64,000 nucleotides of DNA from Candidatus Altiarchaeota archaeon (GCA_043800255.1 JAZDNF010000006.1:54730-118729), one strand, 5' to 3'. Shown: positions 26,312 to 36,726, counted from the first letter of the stretch. Notes: generated from the letters alone by a model not told the origin. A program made the numbers and translations.

Positions 26312-26947
26312 TCAGAGAATAGCCTGTTTTTTCTTCTTTTTGACAGTCTTCAGCCTGAAGAAGTTCTCCCGTTCCATCTCCTGCAGGCGCATTTCGATGT
26401 ACTTTTTGGTGTTCCCCAGGCGGGGGAGCAGGATATACTCCAATGCGTTTACCCTCCGCTTGGTCTTCCTTATCTCGCTGGACAACCGTCTCACGGTCTC
26501 CTCCTTCTCAACGAGGGATGTTATCTGCCTCAGGGACTGGTTGAAGTCATCATATGCTTCATCAAGTTTTGGGGATGTCATGACTTGGTCGTAAGATCTG
26601 AGCCGCTCCCTCTCCTCAAAATTAACCTTAGGAATCTGGACTCCCATGATGTTCTCCATGGTGATCCTGATGGGTGGCATCTCGGGAGAGGCTGCCGCAG
26701 CCTCCCCGACGTTGGACAGGCCTGAGAGCGCCTCAGCCCTGACAAGGTTGGGGTAGGCGTCTCCCATCGTCTTCACCAGGCCGCTTCTGGCATCTCTGGC
26801 GCTGGAGACTATCTCAAAGAACCTGAGGATGATGGCGTCCCGCTTTTCCTTCAGGAGCCGGTGGCCCTTCTCAGCCAGCTTTATCCTCTTCTTTATCCCC
26901 AACAGCTCCATCCGCGTCGGATGCACGCCCTCGATAATCTGCGACAT
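26312..26947 (-). CDS. atpD: A/V-type ATP synthase subunit D
   Basis: PTRMEL, GHRLLKEKRDA, NIMGV, KTKRRVNALE, ERENFFRLK. Confidence 0.95.
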   Translation of the reverse strand: MSQIIEGVHPTRMELLGIKKRIKLAEKGHRLLKEKRDAIILRFFEIVSSARDARSGLVKTMGDAYPNLVRAEALSGLSNVGEAAAASPEMPPIRITMENIMGVQIPKVNFEERERLRSYDQVMTSPKLDEAYDDFNQSLRQITSLVEKEETVRRLSSEIRKTKRRVNALEYILLPRLGNTKKYIEMRLQEMERENFFRLKTVKKKKKQAIL

Positions 26948-26996
26948 CTTGGATGTTATTTAATTTGCCGGGATATTATTAATATCCGGTCTGAAA

Positions 26997-28088
26997 ATGT
27001 TTTCACGGTTGGGAGGATTCTCACAAATCAGGAGAAATCTAAGGCCCTCAAAACACCTGCAGAACAGCGTCCTAGAGTACGCCTACGTTAACGCGAGGGT
27101 TGGTGCGTTGAGAGGCTACCTCCTGAAGGCTGACGAACTATCGGCCCTGGAGGGCAGCAAGAGTCTAAGGGACTATATAGCGCTGCTGGAGCACACCAGT
27201 TATAGGAGCGTCTTCAGCGAGCTGGCGTATGCAGACGTCAGGAGCGTTGACAACGCGCTTGTCAGGCATTTCCTGGAATTCACAGAACACCTTACCATGC
27301 TGTCGCCTGATCGTGTCAGACCCATCATAGCCTCGGCCTCGAAGAAGTATGAGATGGGCAACATCAAGGCTGTCTTGGCTTCGAAGGCCGCCGGTGAAAT
27401 GCCGGAATCTGTGAGAGAGAGGCTCTATCCTGCCAATGAGAAGCTGACTATACGGCTTTTGGGGGCGAAAGACGTTGACGAGGCTGCAATGCTCCTGGCA
27501 TCGGAAGGTTTCTTCCTGGTTAGGGACAGGTTAGAGGCTTATAGGGATGATGGGAACATCCAGCCGCTGCTGGCTGCAGTGGACATCCACCACTTTATCA
27601 GACTATGGTCTGAAACTGAGAGACTCTCAGGGAAGGATGAGAGGATTGCGAAGGATATTATTGGAACCGACATTGACACCCTCAACCTGCTGAGCATCCT
27701 GAGGGCGAAACGCGGAGGATACGACGCCAAAGACTACATCATCCCGGTCGCGCACAGGATAAATCCGGTGCTCGCCCTGAAGATGACGGCAGAGTGTAAA
27801 ACAGTGGGGGAAACCATCCAGGCTCTCGAGAAGAGCAGCTACCATAAGGTGCTGGAGAAGGGCCTCAGATACTTTGAGGACAAGGATTCGCTGCAGCAGT
27901 TTGAAGTAGAGCTGAGAAGGCATTTGCTCAGACGATGCAGGGATGCTATGAGAGGCAGCCCCTCCAACATAGGCACGGTTTTAGGGTTCCACCGGGTCAA
28001 GGAGGCTGAGGTCGAGAACCTCCGGAGGATTGCCGTATGCGTTAGCGAGGAGCTTCCGAGGCACGAGCTGGCGCAGCTTCTCACCTGA
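26997..28088 (+). CDS. atpC: A/V-type ATP synthase subunit C
   Basis: YAYVNARV, DIDTLNL, KEAEVENLRRI. Confidence 0.88.
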   Translation: MFSRLGGFSQIRRNLRPSKHLQNSVLEYAYVNARVGALRGYLLKADELSALEGSKSLRDYIALLEHTSYRSVFSELAYADVRSVDNALVRHFLEFTEHLTMLSPDRVRPIIASASKKYEMGNIKAVLASKAAGEMPESVRERLYPANEKLTIRLLGAKDVDEAAMLLASEGFFLVRDRLEAYRDDGNIQPLLAAVDIHHFIRLWSETERLSGKDERIAKDIIGTDIDTLNLLSILRAKRGGYDAKDYIIPVAHRINPVLALKMTAECKTVGETIQALEKSSYHKVLEKGLRYFEDKDSLQQFEVELRRHLLRRCRDAMRGSPSNIGTVLGFHRVKEAEVENLRRIAVCVSEELPRHELAQLLT

Positions 28089-28118
28089 CTTTTTATAATA
28101 GAAGATTAATTCCTTAAG

Positions 28119-28577
28119 ATGACAACCGCAAAGGACATAATGCACCATCCTGTAGTGTTCATAGAAGGCAACAAGAGCGTGAGCGAGGCTGCGAAGCTGA
28201 TGGCGGAGAAGGCCATAGGCTGCCTCATCGTGACAGGGGAGAGGGGCGTCTTTTTGCCTGTGAAGGAGCTGGGCATGGTAACCGAGAGGGACGTGCTGAA
28301 GAGGGTCGTCGCAAAGTCCATCCCCCCAGACAAGACGACTGTCAGCCAGATAACGTCGAAGCCGCTCATAGCGGTCGAGGCGGAGACCAACGTCGAGGAC
28401 GTGTCAGAAATATTCGAGAAGAGGGATATCAGGCGGATTGCCGTGACCGAGGGTGAGATGGTGGTCGGCATAGTGACGGTGAGGGACGTGGCGAACTCGC
28501 TGCGCTACTCGTTCATAAAAAGCCGCAAAGAGAAGGAGTACATCAGGCCTGGCTACGGAAGGCCGCCGATAAAGTAG
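28119..28577 (+). CDS. CBS-pair protein
   Basis: GMVTERDV, IRRIAV, VGIVTVRDV. Confidence 0.92.
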   Translation: MTTAKDIMHHPVVFIEGNKSVSEAAKLMAEKAIGCLIVTGERGVFLPVKELGMVTERDVLKRVVAKSIPPDKTTVSQITSKPLIAVEAETNVEDVSEIFEKRDIRRIAVTEGEMVVGIVTVRDVANSLRYSFIKSRKEKEYIRPGYGRPPIK

Positions 28578-28579
28578 GA

Positions 28580-29575
28580 TCAGACAACCTCCCTTCTCCT
28601 GAAATTGCCAGACAACATCGCTCTCCTACTAAGTCTAAAATCCTCTCTTATGCTGTCCTCTGAGAGGCGCTCAGGCTTCACGAGCTCTGGGACCCTGACG
28701 CGGAAGACTTCAGGCTGCCAGCCTTCTCCAGTATTATGCCATCGTGTGACCAGGTCAAACCAGTCGCGCTGCAGATACTTGCCTATCCTGCCACTCCAGC
28801 CTTCCGCTGCGTTAACAAGTCTTTTCTCATCAGCCAGATAGTCCAATATGCCGGTATGGGTTGCGCCGTATGCTATGTAGAGGGTCGGCTTCCGGCCCAA
28901 TTCCGCGGCCAGCGGACCGACCAGCCGCCGTATTTTGAGTGCGTCGACAGCGTCCCTGCCGTCGCAGAATGGGCTGTTGCGGAGTATCCTGTCCTCCGCG
29001 ACAGAGATACGGTTGGCGTCGTCGAAAGGAATCTCATGAGGGTCCACAAGCTTGGCTGTCTTTTCCTTCAGCTCCGACCTTGACATCACAGTGACTGCCG
29101 GAGCAGACGCCATATATGTGCCGTAGCCCAGGAGGCTTACTCCGGCGGCGAGGCCTGCAGACGATAATAGGAAGATTCTCCGGCTGTGCCTTCTCCTGCT
29201 TGCCTCCAACCCGGCCGCACCCAGGAGCGACACGCCTATCCCGCCGAGGATGTGCGAGCTTCCCTCCTCCCCGAACAGCGGGACGTTGCCCTCGAACTCG
29301 TCCCACATGCGCTGGTCATCGTAATCTCGAGTGGAAGGCGCGCCCACGAGCCAGACGTCCTTGCCATGCTTCTCAGCCACTTTAAAGAGCTGGTGGATTG
29401 TCCTGTTCTCAGGGTCTGAAGTCTGGCGGACATCATTCTGCTTCAGGTTGAGATAAGGCTCTGCGACAAAGACGTCGAATCTCTCAGGGCCAGCCTCCAA
29501 CGTGAAGTCACTGTCATGCTTCTCATGGTCGAGCAGGTAGACCGCCCTATCAGTCTCCAGCCGGGTGACTCCCAT
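28580..29575 (-). CDS. Hypothetical protein with internal and C-terminal twin-arginine-like motifs
   Basis: SRRIFLLSSAGLAAG internally, LSRRAML at the C-terminus, YGATH motif. Confidence 0.55.
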   Translation of the reverse strand: MGVTRLETDRAVYLLDHEKHDSDFTLEAGPERFDVFVAEPYLNLKQNDVRQTSDPENRTIHQLFKVAEKHGKDVWLVGAPSTRDYDDQRMWDEFEGNVPLFGEEGSSHILGGIGVSLLGAAGLEASRRRHSRRIFLLSSAGLAAGVSLLGYGTYMASAPAVTVMSRSELKEKTAKLVDPHEIPFDDANRISVAEDRILRNSPFCDGRDAVDALKIRRLVGPLAAELGRKPTLYIAYGATHTGILDYLADEKRLVNAAEGWSGRIGKYLQRDWFDLVTRWHNTGEGWQPEVFRVRVPELVKPERLSEDSIREDFRLSRRAMLSGNFRRREVV

Positions 29576-29605
29576 GATACTATTAGGGAAGTCCTAGGTG
29601 AAAAA

Positions 29606-29812
29606 TCAGGTTTCCGCGATTTTTTTAATCCTGAAAACGACCAGAAGAAACCCGACGGTCGCGCCAGCCACCATGCCGATTGCGCCCCACATGCGGCCCA
29701 CAAGGCTGCCAACAGCATACCCGAGAAAGAGGAAGAAGAGGACATAGAAGGAGAACTCCAGCCCCGACCCCAGTGTGCTGGTTAGCTGCCTCCTCACATC
29801 CTTCCTGGCCAT
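29606..29812 (-). CDS. AtpZ/AtpI (ATPase gene 1)-like two-TM protein
   Basis: GLEF..V...LFLGY.VG....W...G...G...GF pattern; directly follows the c-subunit gene. Confidence 0.55.
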   Translation of the reverse strand: MARKDVRRQLTSTLGSGLEFSFYVLFFLFLGYAVGSLVGRMWGAIGMVAGATVGFLLVVFRIKKIAET

Positions 29813-29819
29813 GTCAGAA

Positions 29820-30038
29820 TCACTGGAACAGTATCAGCAATGCGACCACAAGCCCGTAGATTGCGATAGCCTCTGCCAAAGCTACGAACAACAGGACTTT
29901 GCCGCTTACTTCAGGCTTCTCGGCCACTGCTGCTGCGGCTGCAGAGCCTGTCGTCGCGATAGCGTGCGCAGCGGCGAGTGCTGGTATGCTAATCGCTATT
30001 GCCGCCGAGATTTCCTTTCCAATAATCCACTCCACCAT
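29820..30038 (-). CDS. atpK: A/V-type ATP synthase proteolipid subunit K/c (single hairpin)
   Basis: AEKPE loop; VALAEAIAIYG with the ion-binding Glu. Confidence 0.92.
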   Translation of the reverse strand: MVEWIIGKEISAAIAISIPALAAAHAIATTGSAAAAAVAEKPEVSGKVLLFVALAEAIAIYGLVVALLILFQ

Positions 30039-30050
30039 GCTATTATCACC

Positions 30051-32033
30051 TCAATCTTTGACAAAAGTGTACTCCCGATTTATTCTAAATGGGTTGTACT
30101 CAAGCCCGCCGGCTTTATAGAACTTGGTAAACCACTCATAAAAATGCAACCTGAGGGTGTGGATGTAGACGACAAGCCCCTCAAGCGCCAGTATGAGTAA
30201 GACTGTGCCTCCGATTAGGACAAGATAATACAATAGGAAGCCGACGTAGGCTATCTCATGCACCAAGTTTGATATGACGAAAATTACTTCAGAGACCATC
30301 GCATGGATCAGCGCAAGGATGAGAATCCTGCTGTAGGATATCGTATTGGAGAGGAACATTATGATGGAATCCAGCGCCTCGAACATGCCGTTGCCTACCG
30401 CCCCAAGGGAGCTCCGGAAGGATGAGGTGTGCCTGAACTCGTGCAAGACCTCCTCAAAGACTATGAGGCCCATTGGCAGGAGTATGCCGAACAAGCCTAT
30501 GAGCGATGGTGACGTCCCGGCAGCCTTTTCGAAAACGGGTATCGGAAACCCGAAGAATTTCGTTATGAGAAGGCCTACCGTAAGGAACAGCATGAGCCGC
30601 CCTATTGAACCAAGAAGCGTGTTGCCCAATCCCCCAGCCCTCGCCCTGTTGGCTGCGTTAATCAGTAGGCCGAGTCCCATGTGGAGCACGCCTATGAAGA
30701 GCGCGAACCCGAAGAGTTCTAGGGTATGCCCCTCCTTCACATCATGGAAGGGGCTGAGCCAGTAGGCGTGCAGTATGTCCTCCCTTCCGAAGAGGCTGCC
30801 GTACATGAAGCCGAACAGTATGCTCGTCATCCCGCACGCCATCAGTATACGCCCGAAAGCCGGGTCGTCCTTTTTCTTCTTCAACAGGAAGAAACCTGCA
30901 AGCGCAATAATCGCGCCGTGGCCGATGTCGCCGAACATCATGCCAAAAATCAGAGGGAACGAGAATGCCATGAACAGTGTCGGGTCTATCTCATTGTACA
31001 TGGGCAGCCCGTAGGATTTGGTTATCGACTCGAAACTTTTAACAAGGGAGGGGTTGTCGAGCAGGACAGGGACGTTCTCGTCCTTCTCAGGGTCGAACAC
31101 TCTGACGCAGACGCTGCCTTTAGCAGCCCCCTCGATTGCTCCAAGGGTCGCCTTGAGCTTCTTCTCAGGCACCCAGCCTTCGAAGGCGTGCACTCTCCCG
31201 CTTCCAGCCAACTTTGAGAAGCCGCGCGCCATCTCGCCCTCGACTTCTGCGATTTCCCTGTAGGCCAGCAATCTTTTGCCGTGCCTCGCCCTGATTCCCG
31301 CAAGTTTTTTCTCACTCTCCTCCAGACTGCCTTCGACCTCCTCCAGCCGCTCTCTGACTTCGGCTGCTGAGGCACCTTCTGCTTGAAAGGCCTCGAAGCG
31401 CATGCTGCCCAGCAGGGCTTCGAGATCCTCTCCCCGTTCAGGCAGGACTGCAACAGCCATCGGTTTCCTCTTGCCAGCCTCTGATGAAAGTTCAAGAACA
31501 TGCTCCGCGCCTAACCTTATACTCAGCTGGCGCTCCAGCTCAGGCACGTCTTCGGAGTCTATGAAACCTGAGACTGTATGCAGGAAATCCGACCTGCCGA
31601 GCCACGACTGCTGAATGCCAAGCGACTGAAGAGCCTCCAACCCTGCCTCCCTCCGCCTCAGGCTGACCCTCTCCTCCTGCAGGAGCTCTGTCTGCTCAGA
31701 GGCTGCGGAGACTTCAGACTCTATGCCCCCCAAGTTAGACTCTATGTCGTCTAAGTACTGTCTGGACTGTTTCCTCACGAGGCTTAGCTTCTCCGCCGAT
31801 TCTGTTCCAGCAAGCTCGAGAACGTCCACAAGGTAGGTTATCCTCCTGAGAAGCTCACTGCATTTCTCCTGAAGACGCTCACCCCGGCCGTCGGAAAGCC
31901 CCAGCTCCTGAAGCAGTTCCCTGGCATTTACCAGATGAACTGTGCCGTAGGCGCTGAGTTCTCTGAGCACGTCCTCCGCGCAGTCGCTTAAAACGACACC
32001 CCTGATCTTTTTCATCCTGGCTGGAAGGAACAT
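30051..32033 (-). CDS. atpI: A/V-type ATP synthase subunit I/a
   Basis: MFLPARMKK, YGLPMYNEIDPT, FGDIGHG, SNTISYSRI, IHTLRLHFYEWF. Confidence 0.95.
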   Translation of the reverse strand: MFLPARMKKIRGVVLSDCAEDVLRELSAYGTVHLVNARELLQELGLSDGRGERLQEKCSELLRRITYLVDVLELAGTESAEKLSLVRKQSRQYLDDIESNLGGIESEVSAASEQTELLQEERVSLRRREAGLEALQSLGIQQSWLGRSDFLHTVSGFIDSEDVPELERQLSIRLGAEHVLELSSEAGKRKPMAVAVLPERGEDLEALLGSMRFEAFQAEGASAAEVRERLEEVEGSLEESEKKLAGIRARHGKRLLAYREIAEVEGEMARGFSKLAGSGRVHAFEGWVPEKKLKATLGAIEGAAKGSVCVRVFDPEKDENVPVLLDNPSLVKSFESITKSYGLPMYNEIDPTLFMAFSFPLIFGMMFGDIGHGAIIALAGFFLLKKKKDDPAFGRILMACGMTSILFGFMYGSLFGREDILHAYWLSPFHDVKEGHTLELFGFALFIGVLHMGLGLLINAANRARAGGLGNTLLGSIGRLMLFLTVGLLITKFFGFPIPVFEKAAGTSPSLIGLFGILLPMGLIVFEEVLHEFRHTSSFRSSLGAVGNGMFEALDSIIMFLSNTISYSRILILALIHAMVSEVIFVISNLVHEIAYVGFLLYYLVLIGGTVLLILALEGLVVYIHTLRLHFYEWFTKFYKAGGLEYNPFRINREYTFVKD

Positions 32034-32034
32034 C

Positions 32035-32322
32035 TTACTTCTTAAGGTCGAAACCTATCGCCTCCTTTATCATCCTGTCCATGACAGCCTCGCCTCCCCC
32101 AAACCTGTCGGGAATCTCTATCACGATTCCGCCATCGGCCCTGATCTTGTCAACCTCCTTCTGCACGTGCCTAGCGAGGTTCTGCGTCAGCAGTATAACC
32201 CTGGCCTTGTCCTTAACGTCATTCAGTATTCTGGCGACGCTCTCCCCGTCAGCCTCGTACGCCTTCTTGAGGCCTGCCAGCCTCAGACCGGTTACCGTCA
32301 GCCGGTCGCCGATGAGGTGCAT
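32035..32322 (-). CDS. atpF: A/V-type ATP synthase subunit F
   Basis: IGDRLTVTGLRLAG, IEIPD, IKEAIG; ATG at 32322. Confidence 0.9.
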   Translation of the reverse strand: MHLIGDRLTVTGLRLAGLKKAYEADGESVARILNDVKDKARVILLTQNLARHVQKEVDKIRADGGIVIEIPDRFGGGEAVMDRMIKEAIGFDLKK

Positions 32323-32323
32323 G

Positions 32324-32614
32324 TTATCTCCCCCGTTGGGAGTCCCCCAGATGCCTTCTGTCTTTGAACGGCAGCTGTGTGCCGCCTGAGCCTTCAAGCT
32401 GCCTTGAGTTTCTCAGCTCCTTCAGCCTCTCTTTAACGGCTTCAGTCTTATTAGAGTCCTTCTCTTTCAAAGCCTCGTTGAACTTCTCGCAGGCTGAGAG
32501 GAACTCAGTGTCTTTTCCATATCTCTCCGAGAACTTCTTCATCTGCTTCCTGACCCTGTCAGGGTCATCCCACTCCTCAAGTATGGAGTCTATTATGTAA
32601 TGGCTTACCAGCAT
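32324..32614 (-). CDS. Unknown helical protein between atpB and atpF
   Basis: 96-aa ORF with 1-nt spacing to both neighbours; SD GGAGG upstream. Confidence 0.65.
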   Translation of the reverse strand: MLVSHYIIDSILEEWDDPDRVRKQMKKFSERYGKDTEFLSACEKFNEALKEKDSNKTEAVKERLKELRNSRQLEGSGGTQLPFKDRRHLGDSQRGR

Positions 32615-32615
32615 G

Positions 32616-33998
32616 CTAACCTCCTCTCTTCGGACGATACTTTTCTATCCACTTCGGGTTTATCCTCTTAAGCTCCCTCTCGGGGAGTATTGACAGCAGG
32701 TCCCAGCTTATATCAAGCGTCTCCTCTATCGTCCTGTTCTGCTCCCTCCCCTGGGCTATGAACTCCGCCTCATACCTGTCAGAGAACTGCAGGTACTTTT
32801 TGTCCTTCTCTGTGAGCGCCTCCTCGCCGACGACGGCGACCAGGTCTCTGAGGTCGCGGCCTTCGGCGTATGCCGCGTACAGCTGGTTGGAGACGTCCCG
32901 ATGGTCTTCTCTCGTCCTGTCCTTCCCTATGCCCTGGTTCATCAGCCTTGAGAGCGACGGCAGGACGTCCACTGGAGGATAGATTCCCTTCCTGTGCAAT
33001 GCCCTGGAGAGCACGAACTGCCCCTCCGTGATGTAACCTGTGAGGTCTGGGATGGGATGCGTGATGTCGTCGTCAGGCATGGTGAGTATGGGAATCTGGG
33101 TGACGGTCCCCTTTCTGCCGCGGATTCTACCAGCCCTCTCGTAGCTCATCGCAAGGTCGGTGTACATGTAACCTGGGTATCCTCTCCTCCCGGGAACCTC
33201 CTCCCTTGCTGCTGACATCTGCCTCAGCGCCTCACAGTAGTTTGTCATGTCGGTCAGTATCACCAGGACGTGCATGTTCTGCTCGTATGCCAGATATTCT
33301 GCTGTTGTCAGCGCCATCCTCGGCGTGATGATCCTCTCTATGGCAGGGTCGTCAGCGAGGTTCAAAAAGGAGACTATCCTCTCCAGCGCCCCCGTCCTCT
33401 CGAAGTCCCGCCTGAAGAACATGGCCTCGTTCTGAGTGATGCCCATGGCGGCGAAAACAACGGCGAACTCCTCCTCCTTGCCCAAAACCCTTGCCTGCCT
33501 TGCTATCTGGGCTGCGAGCTCGTTGTGCGGCAGACCTGCTCCGGAGAAGATGGGGAGCTTCTGCCCTCTTACGAGAGTGTTCATGCAGTCTATCGACGAT
33601 ATGCCGGTCTGTATGAAATCCCTGGGGAACTCCCTGGCTGAGGGATTTATAGGGTACCCGTTGACGTCAAGCCTGTCCTCGGCCAACACCTCTCCAGCAT
33701 GGTCTATGGGGCGGCCCGCCCCGTCGAAGACCCTGCCAAGAACCTCAGATGATACGGGAATTTTGAGTGTCTCGCCGAGGAACCTTACCTTGGTGTTCTT
33801 GGTGTCCAACCCTGACGTGCCCTCGAACACCTGGACTACGACAGCGTCTTCCATGGCGTCAAGCACCTGCCCCGTCTTCCTGTTGCCGAGGCTGTCCTCT
33901 ATTTCAACCACTTCGCCGTATCTGATGCTCCTCGTCTTCTCGACGACGAGAAGAGGCCCTGATATTCCGGATATCGTGCTGTATTCTATCCTGCTCAT
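32616..33998 (-). CDS. atpB: A/V-type ATP synthase subunit B
   Basis: [46 protein letters not shown]. Confidence 0.98.
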   Translation of the reverse strand: MSRIEYSTISGISGPLLVVEKTRSIRYGEVVEIEDSLGNRKTGQVLDAMEDAVVVQVFEGTSGLDTKNTKVRFLGETLKIPVSSEVLGRVFDGAGRPIDHAGEVLAEDRLDVNGYPINPSAREFPRDFIQTGISSIDCMNTLVRGQKLPIFSGAGLPHNELAAQIARQARVLGKEEEFAVVFAAMGITQNEAMFFRRDFERTGALERIVSFLNLADDPAIERIITPRMALTTAEYLAYEQNMHVLVILTDMTNYCEALRQMSAAREEVPGRRGYPGYMYTDLAMSYERAGRIRGRKGTVTQIPILTMPDDDITHPIPDLTGYITEGQFVLSRALHRKGIYPPVDVLPSLSRLMNQGIGKDRTREDHRDVSNQLYAAYAEGRDLRDLVAVVGEEALTEKDKKYLQFSDRYEAEFIAQGREQNRTIEETLDISWDLLSILPERELKRINPKWIEKYRPKRGG

Positions 33999-35731
33999 CC
34001 CAGCTTCCCCTCTATCGTCTTGTCCATCCTTTCGAGCGACTTCCTGAACTCCTCCTCGGGGAGGGTCTTCATCCTCGCGATGTCGTCCAACACTTCCATC
34101 TCCCTTATGGCTGAAAGCTCGACGCCGCGCTCCAGCGCGCCCATCGACTTCTTGTAGAACTTGAGTATGATGTCCAGCATCCTGTACTGCTTGTCCAGGC
34201 TGCAGTAGGTGTCAACCTCGTGGTAGGCGTTCTGCTGCAGGAAGTCCTCCCTCAGCATCTTGGCAGCCTCAAGTATCAGCCTGTCCTTGTCCGGCAGCGC
34301 GTCAGGCCCGACCAGCTGGACTATCTCCATCAGCTCCGACTCCTTCTGGAGTATGGCCATCGCCTCACTCCTCAGCAGAGAATATTCCTCGTAGACGTTC
34401 TTCCTGTACCACTGACTGAGGTTGTCATGGTACAGCGAGTAGGATGTCAGCCAGTTAATGGCTGGGAAGTGCCGCCTGTCAGCCAGTGAGGCGTCCAACG
34501 CCCAGAAGACTCTCGCAATCCTCAATGTGTTCTGAGTCACGGGCTCGGAGAAGTCCCCCCCGGGAGGCGAGACCGCGCCTATCACAGAGGCTGAGCCTAT
34601 CTTCTCCTTGCTGCCTAATGTGATGACCCTGCCGGCGCGCTCGTAGAATTCGGCCAGCCGCGCCGCAAGGTATGCTGGATACCCTTCCTCGCCAGGCATC
34701 TCCTCCAGCCTCCCTGAGATTTCCCTCATAGCCTCAGCCCACCTTGAGGTTGAATCAGCCATCAAAGCTGCGTCATAGCCCATGTCCCGGTAGTATTCTG
34801 CCAACGTTATTCCAGTGTAGACTGAGGCGTCCCTTGCAGCCACAGGCATGTTGGATGTGTTAGCTATCAGGACTGTGCGCTCCATCAGCGGTCTGCCGGA
34901 CTTAGGGTCCTCGAGCACTGGGAACTCCTTCAGCACTTCAGCCATCTCGTTGCCTCTTTCGCCGCAGCCCACGTATACTATCACGTTGGCGTCGCACCAT
35001 TTGGCAAGCGACTGCTGGGTCACGGTCTTCCCGGCGCCGAACGGCCCGGGTATTGCCGCGGTGCCGCCCTTCGCCATCGGGAAGAACGTGTCTATTATCC
35101 TCATCCCGGTTATAAGCGGAGTGTTTGACTCTATCTTGCTCTTGCAGGGTCTGGCCTTCTTCACAGGCCACCGTTGCATCATGGTGAGGTCAACGCTTTT
35201 CCTGTCCTTGAGGGTGCAGATAGTATCCAGCACGGTGTGCTTGCCCTCCGAGATGCTGTCAACGACGCCCGAAACCCCGACGGGCACAAGAATCCTGTGC
35301 TCTATGACGTTTGTCTCCTGCACTGTCCCGATTATGTCGCCTGACTCTACCCGGTCTCCTTTCTTCACGACAGGCTTGAAGTCCCACTTCCTCTTCCGGT
35401 CTATGGCAGGCGCGGTCGTGCCTCTCACGATGAAGTCCCCAGTAGCCTCCCGTATAACCTCAAGAGGCCTCTGTATTCCGTCGTAGATTGATCTGAGTAT
35501 GCCAGGGCCGAGCTCGACCGAGAGGGGCTGGCCGGTTCCCTTGACAGGTTCGCCCGGAATCAGGCCGGTAGTCTCCTCGTAAACTTGTATGGATGCGACG
35601 TCAGCGTCCAGTTTTATGATCTCCCCTATGAGGTTCTCCTCGCCCACGTGCACGAGCTCGTACATGGAGCTGCCGCGCATTCCGGAGGCTTCAATCAGCG
35701 GCCCCACAATCCTCCTGATTTTTCCGCTCAT
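33995..35731 (-). CDS. atpA: A/V-type ATP synthase subunit A (no intein)
   Basis: P-loop [40 protein letters not shown]. Confidence 0.98.
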   Translation of the reverse strand: MSGKIRRIVGPLIEASGMRGSSMYELVHVGEENLIGEIIKLDADVASIQVYEETTGLIPGEPVKGTGQPLSVELGPGILRSIYDGIQRPLEVIREATGDFIVRGTTAPAIDRKRKWDFKPVVKKGDRVESGDIIGTVQETNVIEHRILVPVGVSGVVDSISEGKHTVLDTICTLKDRKSVDLTMMQRWPVKKARPCKSKIESNTPLITGMRIIDTFFPMAKGGTAAIPGPFGAGKTVTQQSLAKWCDANVIVYVGCGERGNEMAEVLKEFPVLEDPKSGRPLMERTVLIANTSNMPVAARDASVYTGITLAEYYRDMGYDAALMADSTSRWAEAMREISGRLEEMPGEEGYPAYLAARLAEFYERAGRVITLGSKEKIGSASVIGAVSPPGGDFSEPVTQNTLRIARVFWALDASLADRRHFPAINWLTSYSLYHDNLSQWYRKNVYEEYSLLRSEAMAILQKESELMEIVQLVGPDALPDKDRLILEAAKMLREDFLQQNAYHEVDTYCSLDKQYRMLDIILKFYKKSMGALERGVELSAIREMEVLDDIARMKTLPEEEFRKSLERMDKTIEGKLG

Positions 35732-35734
35732 CTG

Positions 35735-36316
35735 TCACATCACCTTATCGAACAGTATCTTATTGACCTGAGGTCTTAAATCTTTTTTAAGCGACTCGAA
35801 GACCGGCTCCAGCGTGTTGTCGACTCTCACAGTCTTGTCGCTGTTTTCAACTATCACTCCGAAGCCTATCTGCCGTTCAACAATCTTCGCATTCTTGAAC
35901 CAGGCTTCCAGCTTCTTCCTGTCAATGAGCTTTGAGTATTTTTTGTCAACGTAGACTGTAACGTCATCGCCGACTTTGCGGCCGCCCTCCGCCAGCCGGT
36001 TCAACACCTTAGACTGGGTCTGCCTGTCAGAGGCCAGTATCCTCTTCCCAGCCTCCTCGAAGACCGATTCCATTATCTCAGCCTTCCTGTTGGCTTCGAC
36101 GCCCTTCGCATCGACCTTTGCCTTGCTGACGGTCTGCTTGAGTATAATGTCAGACTCCTGCCCAGCCTTCTCCAGAATCCTATCGTATGTCGCATCAGCA
36201 GCCTCCTCCCAGTTTCTGAGGATTCCGGCAGCCTCCAGCCGGGCTTTCTCCCTGATATCAGCCGCCTCCCTCTCACCCTGCCGTCTGATGCTCTCAGAAA
36301 GCTCCTCGTAGCCCAT
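35735..36316 (-). CDS. atpE: A/V-type ATP synthase subunit E
   Basis: N-terminal coiled coil, C-terminal VRVDNTLE...LF; operon position. Confidence 0.85.
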   Translation of the reverse strand: MGYEELSESIRRQGEREAADIREKARLEAAGILRNWEEAADATYDRILEKAGQESDIILKQTVSKAKVDAKGVEANRKAEIMESVFEEAGKRILASDRQTQSKVLNRLAEGGRKVGDDVTVYVDKKYSKLIDRKKLEAWFKNAKIVERQIGFGVIVENSDKTVRVDNTLEPVFESLKKDLRPQVNKILFDKVM

Positions 36317-36318
36317 AA

Positions 36319-36624
36319 TTATCCTATAAGCTCGTCCAAAACCAGTCTGACCGCCTTGTCGAAGTTCTTCTTTGACATCAGCTCCAGCTCTTTCGCCCTT
36401 ATACCGGCTTGGGAGATTATCCGCTCAGACTCGGCCTGTGCCTTTTTACTGGCAGCCTCAATCTGAGAGCTGGCCTTAGCCTCTGCGTCAGCCTTCTTCC
36501 TGCCGACTATTTCATCCCTGGAGGCTCTGGCCTTTTTCACGTCTTTTCCGCCATCTGCCTTAGCTGTCTCCACATCCCTGGCAATCCCAGCCTCAATCCC
36601 CTTCAGCCGTTTAAGCTCTTCCAT
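36319..36624 (-). CDS. atpH: A/V-type ATP synthase peripheral-stalk subunit H/G
   Basis: Ala/Lys/Glu-rich helix ending KNFDKAVRLVL; first gene of the operon. Confidence 0.75.
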   Translation of the reverse strand: MEELKRLKGIEAGIARDVETAKADGGKDVKKARASRDEIVGRKKADAEAKASSQIEAASKKAQAESERIISQAGIRAKELELMSKKNFDKAVRLVLDELIG

Positions 36625-36726
36625 GTCAGAACAGGCTATGAAGTTGATTATGTGATTTGAAAGTAAAAAAATACGGTGGAATGCTATTTTAGTGTTTCAG
36701 ACAATAGTTAAACTTCATAGGACAGA

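Noticed and set aside
32323-32397. Longer atpF start given in the ORF track
   Set aside because: Overlaps the upstream gene; family similarity begins at MHLIGD (32322).
33995-35731. Intein in atpA
   Set aside because: 578 aa and continuous through GKTV; no insertion.
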